A DNA stretch of 46,155 nucleotides, taken from the NCBI GenBank assembly GCA_038063175.1, contig JBBTVP010000007.1:1-46155 (forward strand), in the 5' to 3' direction. This document shows, one piece after another, positions 16,849 through 26,424 of this stretch (within the stretch, counting starts at the first letter, position 1; each line of letters starts with the position of its first letter). The DNA comes from Patescibacteria group bacterium. GTDB taxonomy: Bacteria; Patescibacteriota; Minisyncoccia; UBA6257; 1-14-0-10-40-38. A model generated the notes under the pieces. That model did not search any database. It saw nothing but the letters and a program-made list of their open reading frames with translations, and had not been told where the DNA came from. The translations under genes were made by a program, and so were the position numbers.

Positions 16849-17106
16849 CCTTGTATTCTAATCCTATCTTGACTCGAATCCTAGATCGATTACTTTTCGC
16901 GAAGCTGAAAAATCGCTGTGTTAACGCGTCTCGGGCGCGAGGACCTATTCATGTACGTCGAATCTAAAAGATTCGACGCCTCGGTTTCCTGATTTAATTG
17001 GGCCTATGCCGAAGGTAGGCCGAATTCTGTTGAATTCGGCACCTCAGCCTTCTCATCTTAATGGGCCGTTGGCCCCTAGAAACTAGATTTAGTGTGCGGC
17101 TTCGAG

Positions 17107-17177
17107 CTGCGGGACAGGGAATCGAACCCCAATTTCGACGTTCAGAGCGTCGCGTCCTACCATTAGACGATCCCGCA
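17107..17177 (-). tRNA. tRNA-Gln (anticodon CUG), CCA not encoded
   Basis: The reverse complement folds as a cloverleaf. Acceptor UGCGGGA/UCCCGCA has the U1-A72 pair, and G73 is the discriminator. D stem GUCU/GGAC. Anticodon stem CGACG/CGUCG with loop CUCUGAA. T stem-loop UGGGG-UUCGAUU-CCCUG. Confidence 0.9.
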
Positions 17178-17302
17178 AAACGACTCACAACTTACAACAA
17201 ATAACTGATAACTTGAAATGATAAGTAAAAGAAACTCATTGAGTTTCTAGTTTGAGGTTATACGTTTTAAGTTATTAGTCACTTTGTAGTATAATTTAAT
17301 GC

Positions 17303-17770
17303 GTGAACAAAAACAATTCTGCTCTTTGGGCGGGCGTGTTGCTTTTTGCAATAATCGCAGTGCTTTTTGTGTGGCCGCGACTTACAAATCCAAACCGCAA
17401 AATCATTGGAATATGGAAAGATCTCGGCATGGGGTGTCTGCCGAGCCATCAAAACGCAGCACTCCACATTCACGCGGGACTTCGGCTTTTTGATGCTGAC
17501 AAGACGGAGGTAATTCCGGCGAATATCGGTATTGTGCAGGGGTGTATGGCCGAAGTTCATACTCACGAGTCCGATGGGGTAATCCACATTGAATCCGTGA
17601 AAGCGGGGGAGACATTCACGCTTGGCCAATTCTTTTCTGTCTGGGGCAAAACAATCGCGCGGGAGGGGTTTGGGATAGAAGTTACGCTGAACGGAGAGAA
17701 CGTAGAAAATCCAGAAGCAATTATCCTTAATAATGAGGACGCAATTGAAATCACTTATGCCCGCATCTAA
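17303..17770 (+). CDS. Hypothetical secreted/membrane-anchored protein with His-rich motifs
   Basis: GTG start. N-terminal TM helix ALWAGVLLFAIIAVLFVW. Also HIHAGL and EVHTHESDGVIHIE. The antisense 218-aa ORF is a shadow. Confidence 0.6.
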   Translation: MNKNNSALWAGVLLFAIIAVLFVWPRLTNPNRKIIGIWKDLGMGCLPSHQNAALHIHAGLRLFDADKTEVIPANIGIVQGCMAEVHTHESDGVIHIESVKAGETFTLGQFFSVWGKTIAREGFGIEVTLNGENVENPEAIILNNEDAIEITYARI

Positions 17771-19040
17771 CGATAAAAATAAAGCAGTGAAACCGGAAGA
17801 CGCGGAGCGGCACAGCCACAAATCGAGCACCGATGAGATAAAAAGCGAGCTCGCGGGAGCGTCGGCGCAAATTTCAATCATCCGTCTTGTGGATTCTCTC
17901 ATCGCGACTGCGTTCGAAGCGAGGGCGTCCGACATCCACCTTGATCCGGAGGAACATCAGATTCGGGTTCGATTTAGAGTCGACGGCGTACTCCATGACA
18001 ATTTTATTTTTCCAAAAGAGTTACAGTCGGAAATCATCACTCGTATTAAAATTCTTTCCGGGATGAGGACTGATGAACACCAGGCGGCGCAGGATGGAAG
18101 ATTTAAGATGGTAATTGCAGGGCACGAAGGGCTCGATGTCCGTGTTTCGATCGCCCCGACATACTATGGCGAAAACTGTGTGATGCGGCTCCTTGCACAG
18201 CAGGCCGGGGCGCTCTCCCTCGAAAGTCTCGGGTATTCAGCAGGAAATCTCGAGCGTCTGAATCGGGCAATAAAAAAACCATACGGCATGATTCTCGCGA
18301 CGGGTCCCACCGGGTCAGGAAAGACAACATCACTCTACGCGATTTTAAAAAAACTAAACACGAAGGAAGTTTCCATTATCACGGTTGAAGACCCGATTGA
18401 ATATTCAATTGAAGGCATTGATCAGATCCAGGTAAACGCGCGGACCGGACTTACCTTTGCCCAAGGACTCCGTTTTATTCTTAGGCAGGATCCAAACATC
18501 ATCATGGTCGGTGAGATCAGGGATAACGAAACCGCGTCGATTGCGGTGAATGCGGCGATGACCGGCCACCTTGTGCTTTCAACGCTCCACACGAATGATG
18601 CGGCAACCACACTTCCGCGCCTTCTCGACATGGGCGTCGAGCCGTTCCTCATCGCATCGACGATAAATGTTGCAATCGGACAGCGGTTGGTGCGTACGAT
18701 TTGTCCAGACTGCCGGGCTGAACGCGAACTCACCCCTGCGGAACTTCAGAGTTTGAAGGGACTTGTTTCGGAAAAGATTCTCCAGGATAAAAAGGATTTT
18801 TCTGTGGGAGTTGGATGCAAAAAATGCGATATGAGCGGTTTTCGCGGAAGAGTTGGGATTCACGAGGTAATCGAAATGAACGACGAGCTTCGGGAGCTTA
18901 TTATGAAACGGGCTACCTCTGCAGAAATTAAGGTCGCAGCAGTGAAGAACGGCATGGTACCGATGCTCGAAGACGGTATACAAAAAGCAATTCAGGGACT
19001 TACCACGATCGAAGAAGTACTTCGGGTATTTCATGAATAA
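17733..19040 (+). CDS. pilB: Type IV pilus/type II secretion assembly ATPase (PilB/GspE family)
   Basis: Walker A GPTGSGKTT, Walker B IIMVGEIRD, His box TGHLVLSTLHTN, and tetracysteine CPDC...CKKC. An alternative ATG lies at 17757. Confidence 0.9.
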   Translation: MRTQLKSLMPASNDKNKAVKPEDAERHSHKSSTDEIKSELAGASAQISIIRLVDSLIATAFEARASDIHLDPEEHQIRVRFRVDGVLHDNFIFPKELQSEIITRIKILSGMRTDEHQAAQDGRFKMVIAGHEGLDVRVSIAPTYYGENCVMRLLAQQAGALSLESLGYSAGNLERLNRAIKKPYGMILATGPTGSGKTTSLYAILKKLNTKEVSIITVEDPIEYSIEGIDQIQVNARTGLTFAQGLRFILRQDPNIIMVGEIRDNETASIAVNAAMTGHLVLSTLHTNDAATTLPRLLDMGVEPFLIASTINVAIGQRLVRTICPDCRAERELTPAELQSLKGLVSEKILQDKKDFSVGVGCKKCDMSGFRGRVGIHEVIEMNDELRELIMKRATSAEIKVAAVKNGMVPMLEDGIQKAIQGLTTIEEVLRVFHE

Positions 19041-19102
19041 TATGCGCAAAATTACAATCATCAATTCACAATGATTGTTTATCGTTCATTGTTTATTGTC
19101 AT

Positions 19103-20158
19103 ATGAATTTATTCCTCCACGTATCGCTACAAGAAAAAATCCTTTTCACGAAGAACATGGCGCTTGCCCTGAAGTCGGGAATTTCGCTCGTGAATAGTCT
19201 GAAAATGGTGCAAAAACAGGCAAAATCAAAAACGTTCAAACGGATTCTTACGAGTCTTATGGACGATGCGAACAAAGGAGTGTTCCTTTCGGCGGGACTT
19301 GCAAAGTTTCATTTCGTGTTCGGGGAGTTATTCGTAAACATCATTCGGGTCGCGGAAACATCAGGCACGCTTCCCGAAAACCTTCTCTATCTTGGTGATG
19401 AACTCGGGAAGCGGGATGCGCTCCGTAAAAAAGTGAGAAGTGCGCTTATATATCCGGTCATCATCCTCATTGCAACTATCGCGATCGGTGCGCTCATGAT
19501 TCTTTTCGTGTTTCCAAAGATTCTCCCGTTGTTTCAGGGCGCGAAAGTTGAATTGCCTCTTACCACCCGGATACTTATCAGCGTGTCAGGGATTATCAGT
19601 AACTACGGCATTTTTATACTCATCGGAATTATATTATTTATAATCGGATTTCGACTCTTGCTCCGGCTTCCGCCGTTCAAAGCGATCTATGACCGGATGT
19701 TGAGCTATGCTCCTCTCTTCGGTCGGGCGATTATAAATTACAACATGGCGAATTTCACACGCACATTCGCCCTTCTTTTGCGGAGTGGCGTTCGCATCAC
19801 CGAGGCGCTTGATATCACGAGCGCGACGGTGACAAACCTTGTGTACCAGCGACACCTGCGCGCGGTAGCCGATGGAGTGCGGAAAGGGGAGTTTTTATCA
19901 AAATACCTTTACGGCTATCCGCACGATTTTCCTATCATTCTCACGAATATGATCGAAGTCGGCGAGAATACGGGGAATCTCAATGAAAATTTGAATTACT
20001 TATCCGAATACTATGAAAATGAAGTCGACGATTTTACAAAAAATCTCTCCTCAATCCTCGAGCCGATTTTACTGATCGTAATGGGTGGCATGGTTGCGTT
20101 TATCGCGCTTTCGTTTATTACCCCCATTTATCAAATTACCAGAAGTATCAATCGGTAA
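19103..20158 (+). CDS. pilC: Type IV pilus platform protein (PilC/GspF family)
   Basis: 351 aa. Two GspF-type repeats with three TM segments. Immediately downstream of pilB. Confidence 0.85.
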   Translation: MNLFLHVSLQEKILFTKNMALALKSGISLVNSLKMVQKQAKSKTFKRILTSLMDDANKGVFLSAGLAKFHFVFGELFVNIIRVAETSGTLPENLLYLGDELGKRDALRKKVRSALIYPVIILIATIAIGALMILFVFPKILPLFQGAKVELPLTTRILISVSGIISNYGIFILIGIILFIIGFRLLLRLPPFKAIYDRMLSYAPLFGRAIINYNMANFTRTFALLLRSGVRITEALDITSATVTNLVYQRHLRAVADGVRKGEFLSKYLYGYPHDFPIILTNMIEVGENTGNLNENLNYLSEYYENEVDDFTKNLSSILEPILLIVMGGMVAFIALSFITPIYQITRSINR

Positions 20159-21981
20159 TGGAACAGCTGCGAAGCCATCGGCATGCCATCCAAAGACGCA
20201 ACGGATTCACGTTAATCGAAACGTTGATCGCGGTTGCGATTATGACGGTAGTCGCATTCAGCGTGTACCGCGCGCTCGCGGTGCTTTTGGAGATTTTAGA
20301 AACATCAGAGGTTCGAGTTGCCGCCGCGGCGCTCGCGAATGAAAAACTGGAATATATTCGAAATATGACATATCCGGATATCGGCATCGTTGGCGGTGCG
20401 CCTTCCGGATACGTAGAGCCGATTGATCTAAAAAAACGGCGCGGCATTGATTTTACCATTTCCACGATCATAAGAAACATTGATGATCCGTTTGATGGAG
20501 TGATCGGAGGGAACCCAAACGATCTTTCACCTGCAGATTATAAATTGATTGAAATTACCGTTCAGTGCAGCTCGCCATGCTCCGATCCGCAGCCATTTGT
20601 GTTTACCGGGCGGGCGGCTCCACGCACACTCGAAAATGCGAGCACGAACGGATCGCTTTTCGTGCAGGTGATCGACGCGAGCGGACAGCCCGTTTCTGGC
20701 GCAACCGTGCAGGTGGTGAATACCGCCGTAACTCCTCAAGTGAATATTAACGATATTACGGATGTGAATGGCTTTTTGAAAATTATCGATGTTCCACCAT
20801 CGGTTCAGATGTATCACGTCGCCGTGACAAAAAATGGATACTCTTCAGATCAAACCTACGCGATCACCCCGCAAAATCCAAATCCAATAAAACCAGATGC
20901 AACCGTGGCGCTCCAGACGGTAACCCAGGTAACGCTTTCAACTGACAGAGTAAGCACATTGAATTTTTCAAGCGTAAATGAAGCGTGCACGCCTATACCA
21001 AATATCGATTTTTCGCTTGCCGGCGCAAAGCTCATTGGAACCGCCCCAAACGTCCTGAAATACAATCAAAACTTTGCGACTGACGGATCTGGCCTTCGAA
21101 CGGTTTCGGGTCTCGAATGGGATAATTATACGTTGACCGTGCCGGTCGGCGCATACGCACTCCGCGGAGCAATACCATTATCTCCAATTGCGGTGTCTCC
21201 GAACTCTACCCAGAGTGTAAAAATAGTAGCGACACCCCAAGTTCCCCAGTCGCTTCTTGTGACGGTCCGAGATTCCGCCTCGCTTCTGCCACTGTCGAAC
21301 GCCTCCGTGCGGTTGACCGGTGCAAGCTATGATACCACCCTTGTAACCGGAAGGGGATTTCTTCGCCAAACCGACTGGTCTGGCGGTGCAGGGCAAGACA
21401 TCTATCAGAACCAAACCAAATATTTTGATCAAGATGGGAATATCGACACGGCGAATCCCGCAGGAGATTTAAAACTGCTCGAGACTGCAACTTCAACCTA
21501 TGCAAATTCTGGGGTGCTCACCTCATCGACATTCGACACTGGTTCCCCAAGCACCTTTTACGCGTTCACTTTTAATCCTGGTGCACAACCCCCTCAAACT
21601 GGACAGGATTCAGTAAAATTCCAATTCGCAACTGCCACTACCACGAGCCCTACGACATGGAATTACCTTGGTCCTGACGGCACATCGGGAACATACTACA
21701 CGGTGAGCGTAACGGACATCAATGCGGTACATACTGGAGATCAGTATTTTCGTTACCGCGTGTTTCTTGGAACGCCAAATCAGAACTATTCCCCAACGCT
21801 TTCCGACATTGCGGTAACATTCGCTTCGAGTTGCGTGCCACCCGGCCAAGTGCTTTTTACGGGGCTTCCGAACGACACCTACACCATCGAAATCCAGCGA
21901 ACCAGCTACCAAACGCTCAATGATATCACGACGGTAAACCAGGCATGGCAAGAATTTCCCGCATCGCTATTCGTGCAATAA
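20158..21981 (+). CDS. Large prepilin-type N-terminal cleavage/methylation domain protein
   Basis: RRNGFTLIETLIAVAIMTVVAF is a class III signal (G/FTLIE). The 580-aa extracellular part includes a carboxypeptidase-regulatory-like beta segment (LFVQVIDASGQPVSGATVQVVNT). The ATG overlaps the pilC stop by 1 nt. Confidence 0.8.
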   Translation: MEQLRSHRHAIQRRNGFTLIETLIAVAIMTVVAFSVYRALAVLLEILETSEVRVAAAALANEKLEYIRNMTYPDIGIVGGAPSGYVEPIDLKKRRGIDFTISTIIRNIDDPFDGVIGGNPNDLSPADYKLIEITVQCSSPCSDPQPFVFTGRAAPRTLENASTNGSLFVQVIDASGQPVSGATVQVVNTAVTPQVNINDITDVNGFLKIIDVPPSVQMYHVAVTKNGYSSDQTYAITPQNPNPIKPDATVALQTVTQVTLSTDRVSTLNFSSVNEACTPIPNIDFSLAGAKLIGTAPNVLKYNQNFATDGSGLRTVSGLEWDNYTLTVPVGAYALRGAIPLSPIAVSPNSTQSVKIVATPQVPQSLLVTVRDSASLLPLSNASVRLTGASYDTTLVTGRGFLRQTDWSGGAGQDIYQNQTKYFDQDGNIDTANPAGDLKLLETATSTYANSGVLTSSTFDTGSPSTFYAFTFNPGAQPPQTGQDSVKFQFATATTTSPTTWNYLGPDGTSGTYYTVSVTDINAVHTGDQYFRYRVFLGTPNQNYSPTLSDIAVTFASSCVPPGQVLFTGLPNDTYTIEIQRTSYQTLNDITTVNQAWQEFPASLFVQ

Positions 21982-21983
21982 AT

Positions 21984-22595
21984 ATGACGCACCAAGAAAA
22001 AAACTCCGGCTTCACACTCCTCGAATTTCTTATCGCGTTCGCTATTTTTATCATCATTGTGGGAACCGTCATAATCTTTATGCGGGATTTTATAACTCTT
22101 GGTACCCTGTTTGAATCGACAGTTCTTGTCGAGCGTGAACTTGAGGCCGCGGCAAAAGGCGCAGTTTCAGAAATTCGGGAAGCGACACAGTCGAGTGTGG
22201 GAGGATATGCGATTGAAATTGCGTTGCCGAATTCTCTTGCGTTTTATTCAAACATTGATGGCGATCCACTCCTTGAACGCATTCACTACTTTTTAGACGG
22301 GACTGATCTTAAAAAGAGCGTGGTGAAACCCGCCGGGCAACCGCTTACGTATAGCACCACTACCGCGCAGGAAACGCTGCGGACGCTTTTACGAAACATC
22401 GATGTGGGCACCACAACACCGCTTTTTCTCTACCGAGGTGAATTTGCTACGAGTACGCCGACCACAGGCACGTTATTTCTTGAAGATATACGCCTGGTGA
22501 TACTTCGCTTCACGGTAGATGCCGATCCGCAACGCCCTCCGCCATCTGTGAATATCTTCAATGTGGTGAATCTGCGGAACTTGAAGAACTATTAG
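21984..22595 (+). CDS. Prepilin-type (pseudopilin) protein
   Basis: MTHQEKNSGFTLLEFLIAFAIFIIIVG is a class III signal. The ATG at 21984 is preferred over the ORF-track start at 21945. Confidence 0.75.
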   Translation: MTHQEKNSGFTLLEFLIAFAIFIIIVGTVIIFMRDFITLGTLFESTVLVERELEAAAKGAVSEIREATQSSVGGYAIEIALPNSLAFYSNIDGDPLLERIHYFLDGTDLKKSVVKPAGQPLTYSTTTAQETLRTLLRNIDVGTTTPLFLYRGEFATSTPTTGTLFLEDIRLVILRFTVDADPQRPPPSVNIFNVVNLRNLKNY

Positions 22596-22596
22596 T

Positions 22597-24045
22597 ATGC
22601 AACCCATGGCTGAACGAGGACAAATGCTCATTCAAGTACTCCTTGTGACCACGCTTGCGATTGTGGTTATTGTGGTGCTAATGAACGCGGCACTCTTTCA
22701 TCTGAACGAGGTGACGCTCTCGGTGGAACAGGAACAGGCATTTGAAATTGCAGAAGCGGGAATTGAATATTATCGATGGCACCTCGCGCACGCCCCGCTC
22801 GATTTTACCAATGGAACCGGGCAGCCCGGACCATATGCTGTAGATTATTATGATCGAAACGGGATATTAATCGGCAGATTTGAACTCACTATTACTACTC
22901 CTCCTATTGGTACGACGGTAGTGACGGTTCGGTCAAAAGGGATACTCAATTCGGACATACGAGCAGTGAGGACTATCGAAGTCAGGTTCGCCATAGAATC
23001 GATCGCAAAATTTGCGGTGGTTGCAAACGACGACATGAATTTTGGTCCTGGCACTGAAACGTTCGGTATTATTCACTCAAATGGAGGTATTCGCTTTGAC
23101 GGGATCGCGCATAATCTTGTTTCAAGCGCTAAAACTCAATACAACGATCCAGACCACTCCGGGCAGGATGATTTTGGCGTGCACACCCACGTAGACCCCG
23201 CCGATCCCTTGCCGCCGAGTCCCGTGCCGAATCGTCCCGACGTATTCCAGGCAGGACGGCTATTTCCGGTGCCGGCAGTTGATTTCGATGGGATCACGGC
23301 GGATCTCGCCCAGATGAAATCAGGAGCGCAGGCAAACGGGCTTTATCTTTCTGATTCGGGAGCGGAAGGATACGAAATAATACTGAATTCCGATGATACG
23401 GTAACCGTGGCCCGCGTTACTTCATTGAAACCAAAACCAAACGGATGTTCGAATTTGATTGCTGATCCAGACTGGGAGATATGGAGCGTTGAGGCGACTA
23501 CCACGATTGGAACATATCCAATGCCCGCAAACGGACTTGCATTCTTTGAAGATAATATTTGGGTAACGGGGAAAATCGACACCGCGCGGATCACCATCGC
23601 TTCGGCAAGATTTCCAGACAATCCGGGGCAACGAACAAATATTACCGTCAACAGTGATCTACGCTACACGAATTACGATGGGAGCGATGTGATTGGTCTG
23701 ATCGCACAAAATGATTTTAACGTTGGCCTCTACAGCGAAGACGACCTTCGCATTGATGCGGCGATTATCGCAAAGAATGGGCGGGTCGGCAGGTTCTACT
23801 ACCGGGCTCCGTCGGGACCGCAAACGTATTGCGAATCGGAATCAGTCCGGAGTACGATCACGCTCTATGGCATGATTGCAACGAACGAACGGTACGGCTT
23901 TAGTTGGACCTGCAGTGGGGTATTTTGCTCGGGTTACGCGGTACGAAATATCATTTATGACGCAAATTTGCTCTACGGACCGCCACCAAGTTTTCCACTC
24001 ACCGCGGATCAATACGAACCGATTTCCTGGGAAGAGATACGGTAG
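22597..24045 (+). CDS. Pilus-associated protein with a PilX-like N-terminal hydrophobic segment
   Basis: ERGQMLIQVLLVTTLAIVVIVVLM. A 482-aa extracellular region. Last gene of the pilus operon. Confidence 0.6.
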   Translation: MQPMAERGQMLIQVLLVTTLAIVVIVVLMNAALFHLNEVTLSVEQEQAFEIAEAGIEYYRWHLAHAPLDFTNGTGQPGPYAVDYYDRNGILIGRFELTITTPPIGTTVVTVRSKGILNSDIRAVRTIEVRFAIESIAKFAVVANDDMNFGPGTETFGIIHSNGGIRFDGIAHNLVSSAKTQYNDPDHSGQDDFGVHTHVDPADPLPPSPVPNRPDVFQAGRLFPVPAVDFDGITADLAQMKSGAQANGLYLSDSGAEGYEIILNSDDTVTVARVTSLKPKPNGCSNLIADPDWEIWSVEATTTIGTYPMPANGLAFFEDNIWVTGKIDTARITIASARFPDNPGQRTNITVNSDLRYTNYDGSDVIGLIAQNDFNVGLYSEDDLRIDAAIIAKNGRVGRFYYRAPSGPQTYCESESVRSTITLYGMIATNERYGFSWTCSGVFCSGYAVRNIIYDANLLYGPPPSFPLTADQYEPISWEEIR

Positions 24046-25560
24046 TTATTTTGAGGAATCGCTAATCTTATCGAAGATGCTTTTGCTTCGCTCGGTAAGA
24101 GGAGCAGGGCGGCGCTTCATGCGGATTGCGTGAATAATAAAAGAGAGAATGCCGATGCCAAGCGCTATAATAAGCGCGACGAAAGCGAGTTTTTTACCTG
24201 AAAAAAAGGTTACCTGATTGGCTGCGCCAAACGTAAACGGTAATGGTTCACCGAATTGTTCTAATACTCCATTTCGGTCAATAAAAACCGTGATGAGATA
24301 TTTTCCCGGGCCAAGATTCGAAATCACAAGCTTCCGGCTTTCTGCGGTGGTGGTAAGTTCTTCAATTAATTCATTTTGTTCATTTCTAATCTGAATCTTA
24401 TATCCGGTGATTCCAATCGTATCCGGCGGCGGATTCCATGTGATGGTGATGGTTGTGAATGATATATCGAGAGAAATGGGGGATGGAGTACCACCACTCT
24501 GCGGTGGAGGAACGGGCGGCTCAATTCCACTACCGGTATTTCCGCTAAAGGGCGGCGGATTAACCGGAGGAGGCGGAATGTTTGTCCCTGGTGGAGGCGG
24601 CGTATTTCCTGGCGGGGGAGGACCTGGTGGTGCGATTGGGGGCGGAGGCGGCGGGTTTCCTGGCGGCGCCGGTGGAGGAGGCGTTCCGGCATCAGGCGGA
24701 GGGGTGCCTCCTCCTGGTGGCGGAGGTGGAATAGAATTTCCCGGGGTCGTAAATGCATGAGAAAGCGATGCGATGTTTCCCCATTCATCTTTAGCAAAAA
24801 GAGTGGATTGGTAGGAGGTATTTTCCAGCACAGAGGCGGTAAATGCGCACGGATCACTTGTGGTGAAACAGGTACGGAATGTTCCGGTGTACGCGCCGCT
24901 TACGGGTGACCCTCCGGATGGAAAAAGATCGACACGATAGTCCACTGGTTCATTCGCGTGGAAAGAAAATTCAACACTTTGTGGGCTAAGGACCGTGGTA
25001 GATGCATTTGAAATTTGCGGGGGGACACTTTCGGTTGATTCAGATAGCGCAAATTTGAACGCAAAGTTTTGAGGGGCCGATCCGAGGAGTGCAGTCTCTA
25101 CGCTGTAGTAGGCGTTCGACTGTGCATTGTGCGCCAAGATTTGAAATTGGTCAGCGTAGTAAAGAGAAAAGTTTGGGAGCGATGTGGTGACACGCATCTT
25201 ATAGAGTTTTGTGGATGATACGGGGATAGGGGAGGCAAAATCCACGTGGAGCTTCGTTCCGCTGTAAACAGGCGGAGTTCCCGGAACGGTGACGGTTCGT
25301 GAGGAGAGGAGTACATTCTGATCATCGCGGAGAGAAAAAGTGGCGCTTCCGGCAGCACCGGTATTTGCGAACCACACATCAAACCCATCAAGAAAATCGT
25401 TCGGGGCAAAAAATGGTTGTGAGGGAGTTTGAAAAAGCGCGGTGTGAAGCGATTTTTCAGTATCAGGCGCGAATTCAAAATAGGTAGTTCCGTGCGCAAA
25501 CACCGTCCAAGTGGTGGTGATGAAAAGCACAAAAATGAGTAAGCTTAAAATGCGTTTCAT
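24046..25560 (-). CDS. Secreted surface protein with a proline-rich tract, an Fn3-like module and a C-terminal TM anchor
   Basis: Signal peptide MKRILSLLIFVLFITTTWTVFA. A run of about 90 aa of P/G low complexity. C-terminal helix AFVALIIALGIGILSFIIHAI followed by RMKRR. Confidence 0.7.
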   Translation of the reverse strand: MKRILSLLIFVLFITTTWTVFAHGTTYFEFAPDTEKSLHTALFQTPSQPFFAPNDFLDGFDVWFANTGAAGSATFSLRDDQNVLLSSRTVTVPGTPPVYSGTKLHVDFASPIPVSSTKLYKMRVTTSLPNFSLYYADQFQILAHNAQSNAYYSVETALLGSAPQNFAFKFALSESTESVPPQISNASTTVLSPQSVEFSFHANEPVDYRVDLFPSGGSPVSGAYTGTFRTCFTTSDPCAFTASVLENTSYQSTLFAKDEWGNIASLSHAFTTPGNSIPPPPPGGGTPPPDAGTPPPPAPPGNPPPPPPIAPPGPPPPGNTPPPPGTNIPPPPVNPPPFSGNTGSGIEPPVPPPQSGGTPSPISLDISFTTITITWNPPPDTIGITGYKIQIRNEQNELIEELTTTAESRKLVISNLGPGKYLITVFIDRNGVLEQFGEPLPFTFGAANQVTFFSGKKLAFVALIIALGIGILSFIIHAIRMKRRPAPLTERSKSIFDKISDSSK

Positions 25561-25563
25561 GCC

Positions 25564-26424
25564 CTAATTATACGGCAAGTTAGTCCATTCAACCTCTTTT
25601 GGTTTCTCTCCTGCAAGCTGGACTTTGGTAAGGACTAGGCGGTTTCCTAATATAATCCCATCGAGAAGTTTTAGTCTTTTCCTAGACAGTTCAGTGTATA
25701 CCCCTGGCTCAACGCCCAGGGCACGTATTTTTTGGATGAGGATTTGAGGAAGGTCATCTTTACCAGAGAGAGCATCGCGAAGTATATCTGCGGGGATATA
25801 ACCATCTTCGGTTTTGAATTTTTTCGTGAAAGTTGCGGAATCGTGATCCTGCTCATGCGGATGAATTTCTCCTTTCAAAAATTTCGGCAGGGCATCGACT
25901 AATAGTTTTCCTCCAATTTCGGCTAATTTTCTTTCGAGCGTGTTATACGTATCGTCAGTGGCTAGTGGTAAACGGCTCGTAGCTAGTATTGGCCCGTGAT
26001 CCACTTTTTCATCCATAAGATAGAGAGTGACACCTGTCTCTGTTTCACCCCCTAGAATTGCGCTCTGGATGGGGGTAGCGCCGCGATACTTCGGGAGAAG
26101 CGAAGGATGGACTCCGATAATGCCAAGACGCGGTGCTTCCACGATTTCTTTCGGGAGTATTTTTGAGTATGCGGCAACGACCGCGAAATCAACTTCGCCA
26201 ATTTCCAGTTTCCAATTCCCAATTTCCAACTGTTCCGGTTGCCAGACGGGGATGTTATGGGTCTCAGCAATAACTTTTGCAGGAGGCGAGGTAATAACCT
26301 TTTTACGACCCACTGGTCGGTCAGGGTTTGTGACGACAACTGACGGAGGAAGACCGGCGCGCACGAGCGCCTGGAGTATAGTTGCCGCAAATTCCGGGCT
26401 TCCGAAGAATACGTAGCGGATCAT
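25564..26424 (-). CDS. fmt: Methionyl-tRNA formyltransferase
   Basis: FFGSPEFA, NPDRPVGRKK and HPSLLPKYRGATPIQ. 4-nt overlap with def upstream. Confidence 0.9.
   Translation of the reverse strand: MIRYVFFGSPEFAATILQALVRAGLPPSVVVTNPDRPVGRKKVITSPPAKVIAETHNIPVWQPEQLEIGNWKLEIGEVDFAVVAAYSKILPKEIVEAPRLGIIGVHPSLLPKYRGATPIQSAILGGETETGVTLYLMDEKVDHGPILATSRLPLATDDTYNTLERKLAEIGGKLLVDALPKFLKGEIHPHEQDHDSATFTKKFKTEDGYIPADILRDALSGKDDLPQILIQKIRALGVEPGVYTELSRKRLKLLDGIILGNRLVLTKVQLAGEKPKEVEWTNLPYN

Noticed and set aside
16994-17188. 64-aa ORF on the minus strand.
   Set aside because: It overlaps the tRNA-Gln gene and the hairpin cluster. Its translation is Arg-rich nonsense.
17279-17935. Long antisense or shadow ORFs. 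This 218-aa ORF is one. Others include 33779-34402, 28040-28558, 18579-19064, 24366-24857, 24407-24760, 8083-8526, 26027-26416, 38150-38485, 39431-39874 and 40891-41232.
   Set aside because: Each lies entirely opposite, or out of frame with, a gene that has clear family motifs. Their translations are low-complexity or Arg/Ser/Cys-rich with no motifs. They arise from stop-poor GC-rich or repeat-rich coding sequence.
26190-26240. Short repeats (caatttcca-like) inside fmt as a possible mobile or slippage element.
   Set aside because: They are in frame and encode a small duplicated LEIGNWKLEIG segment in a variable loop of Fmt, with no disruption of catalytic motifs.
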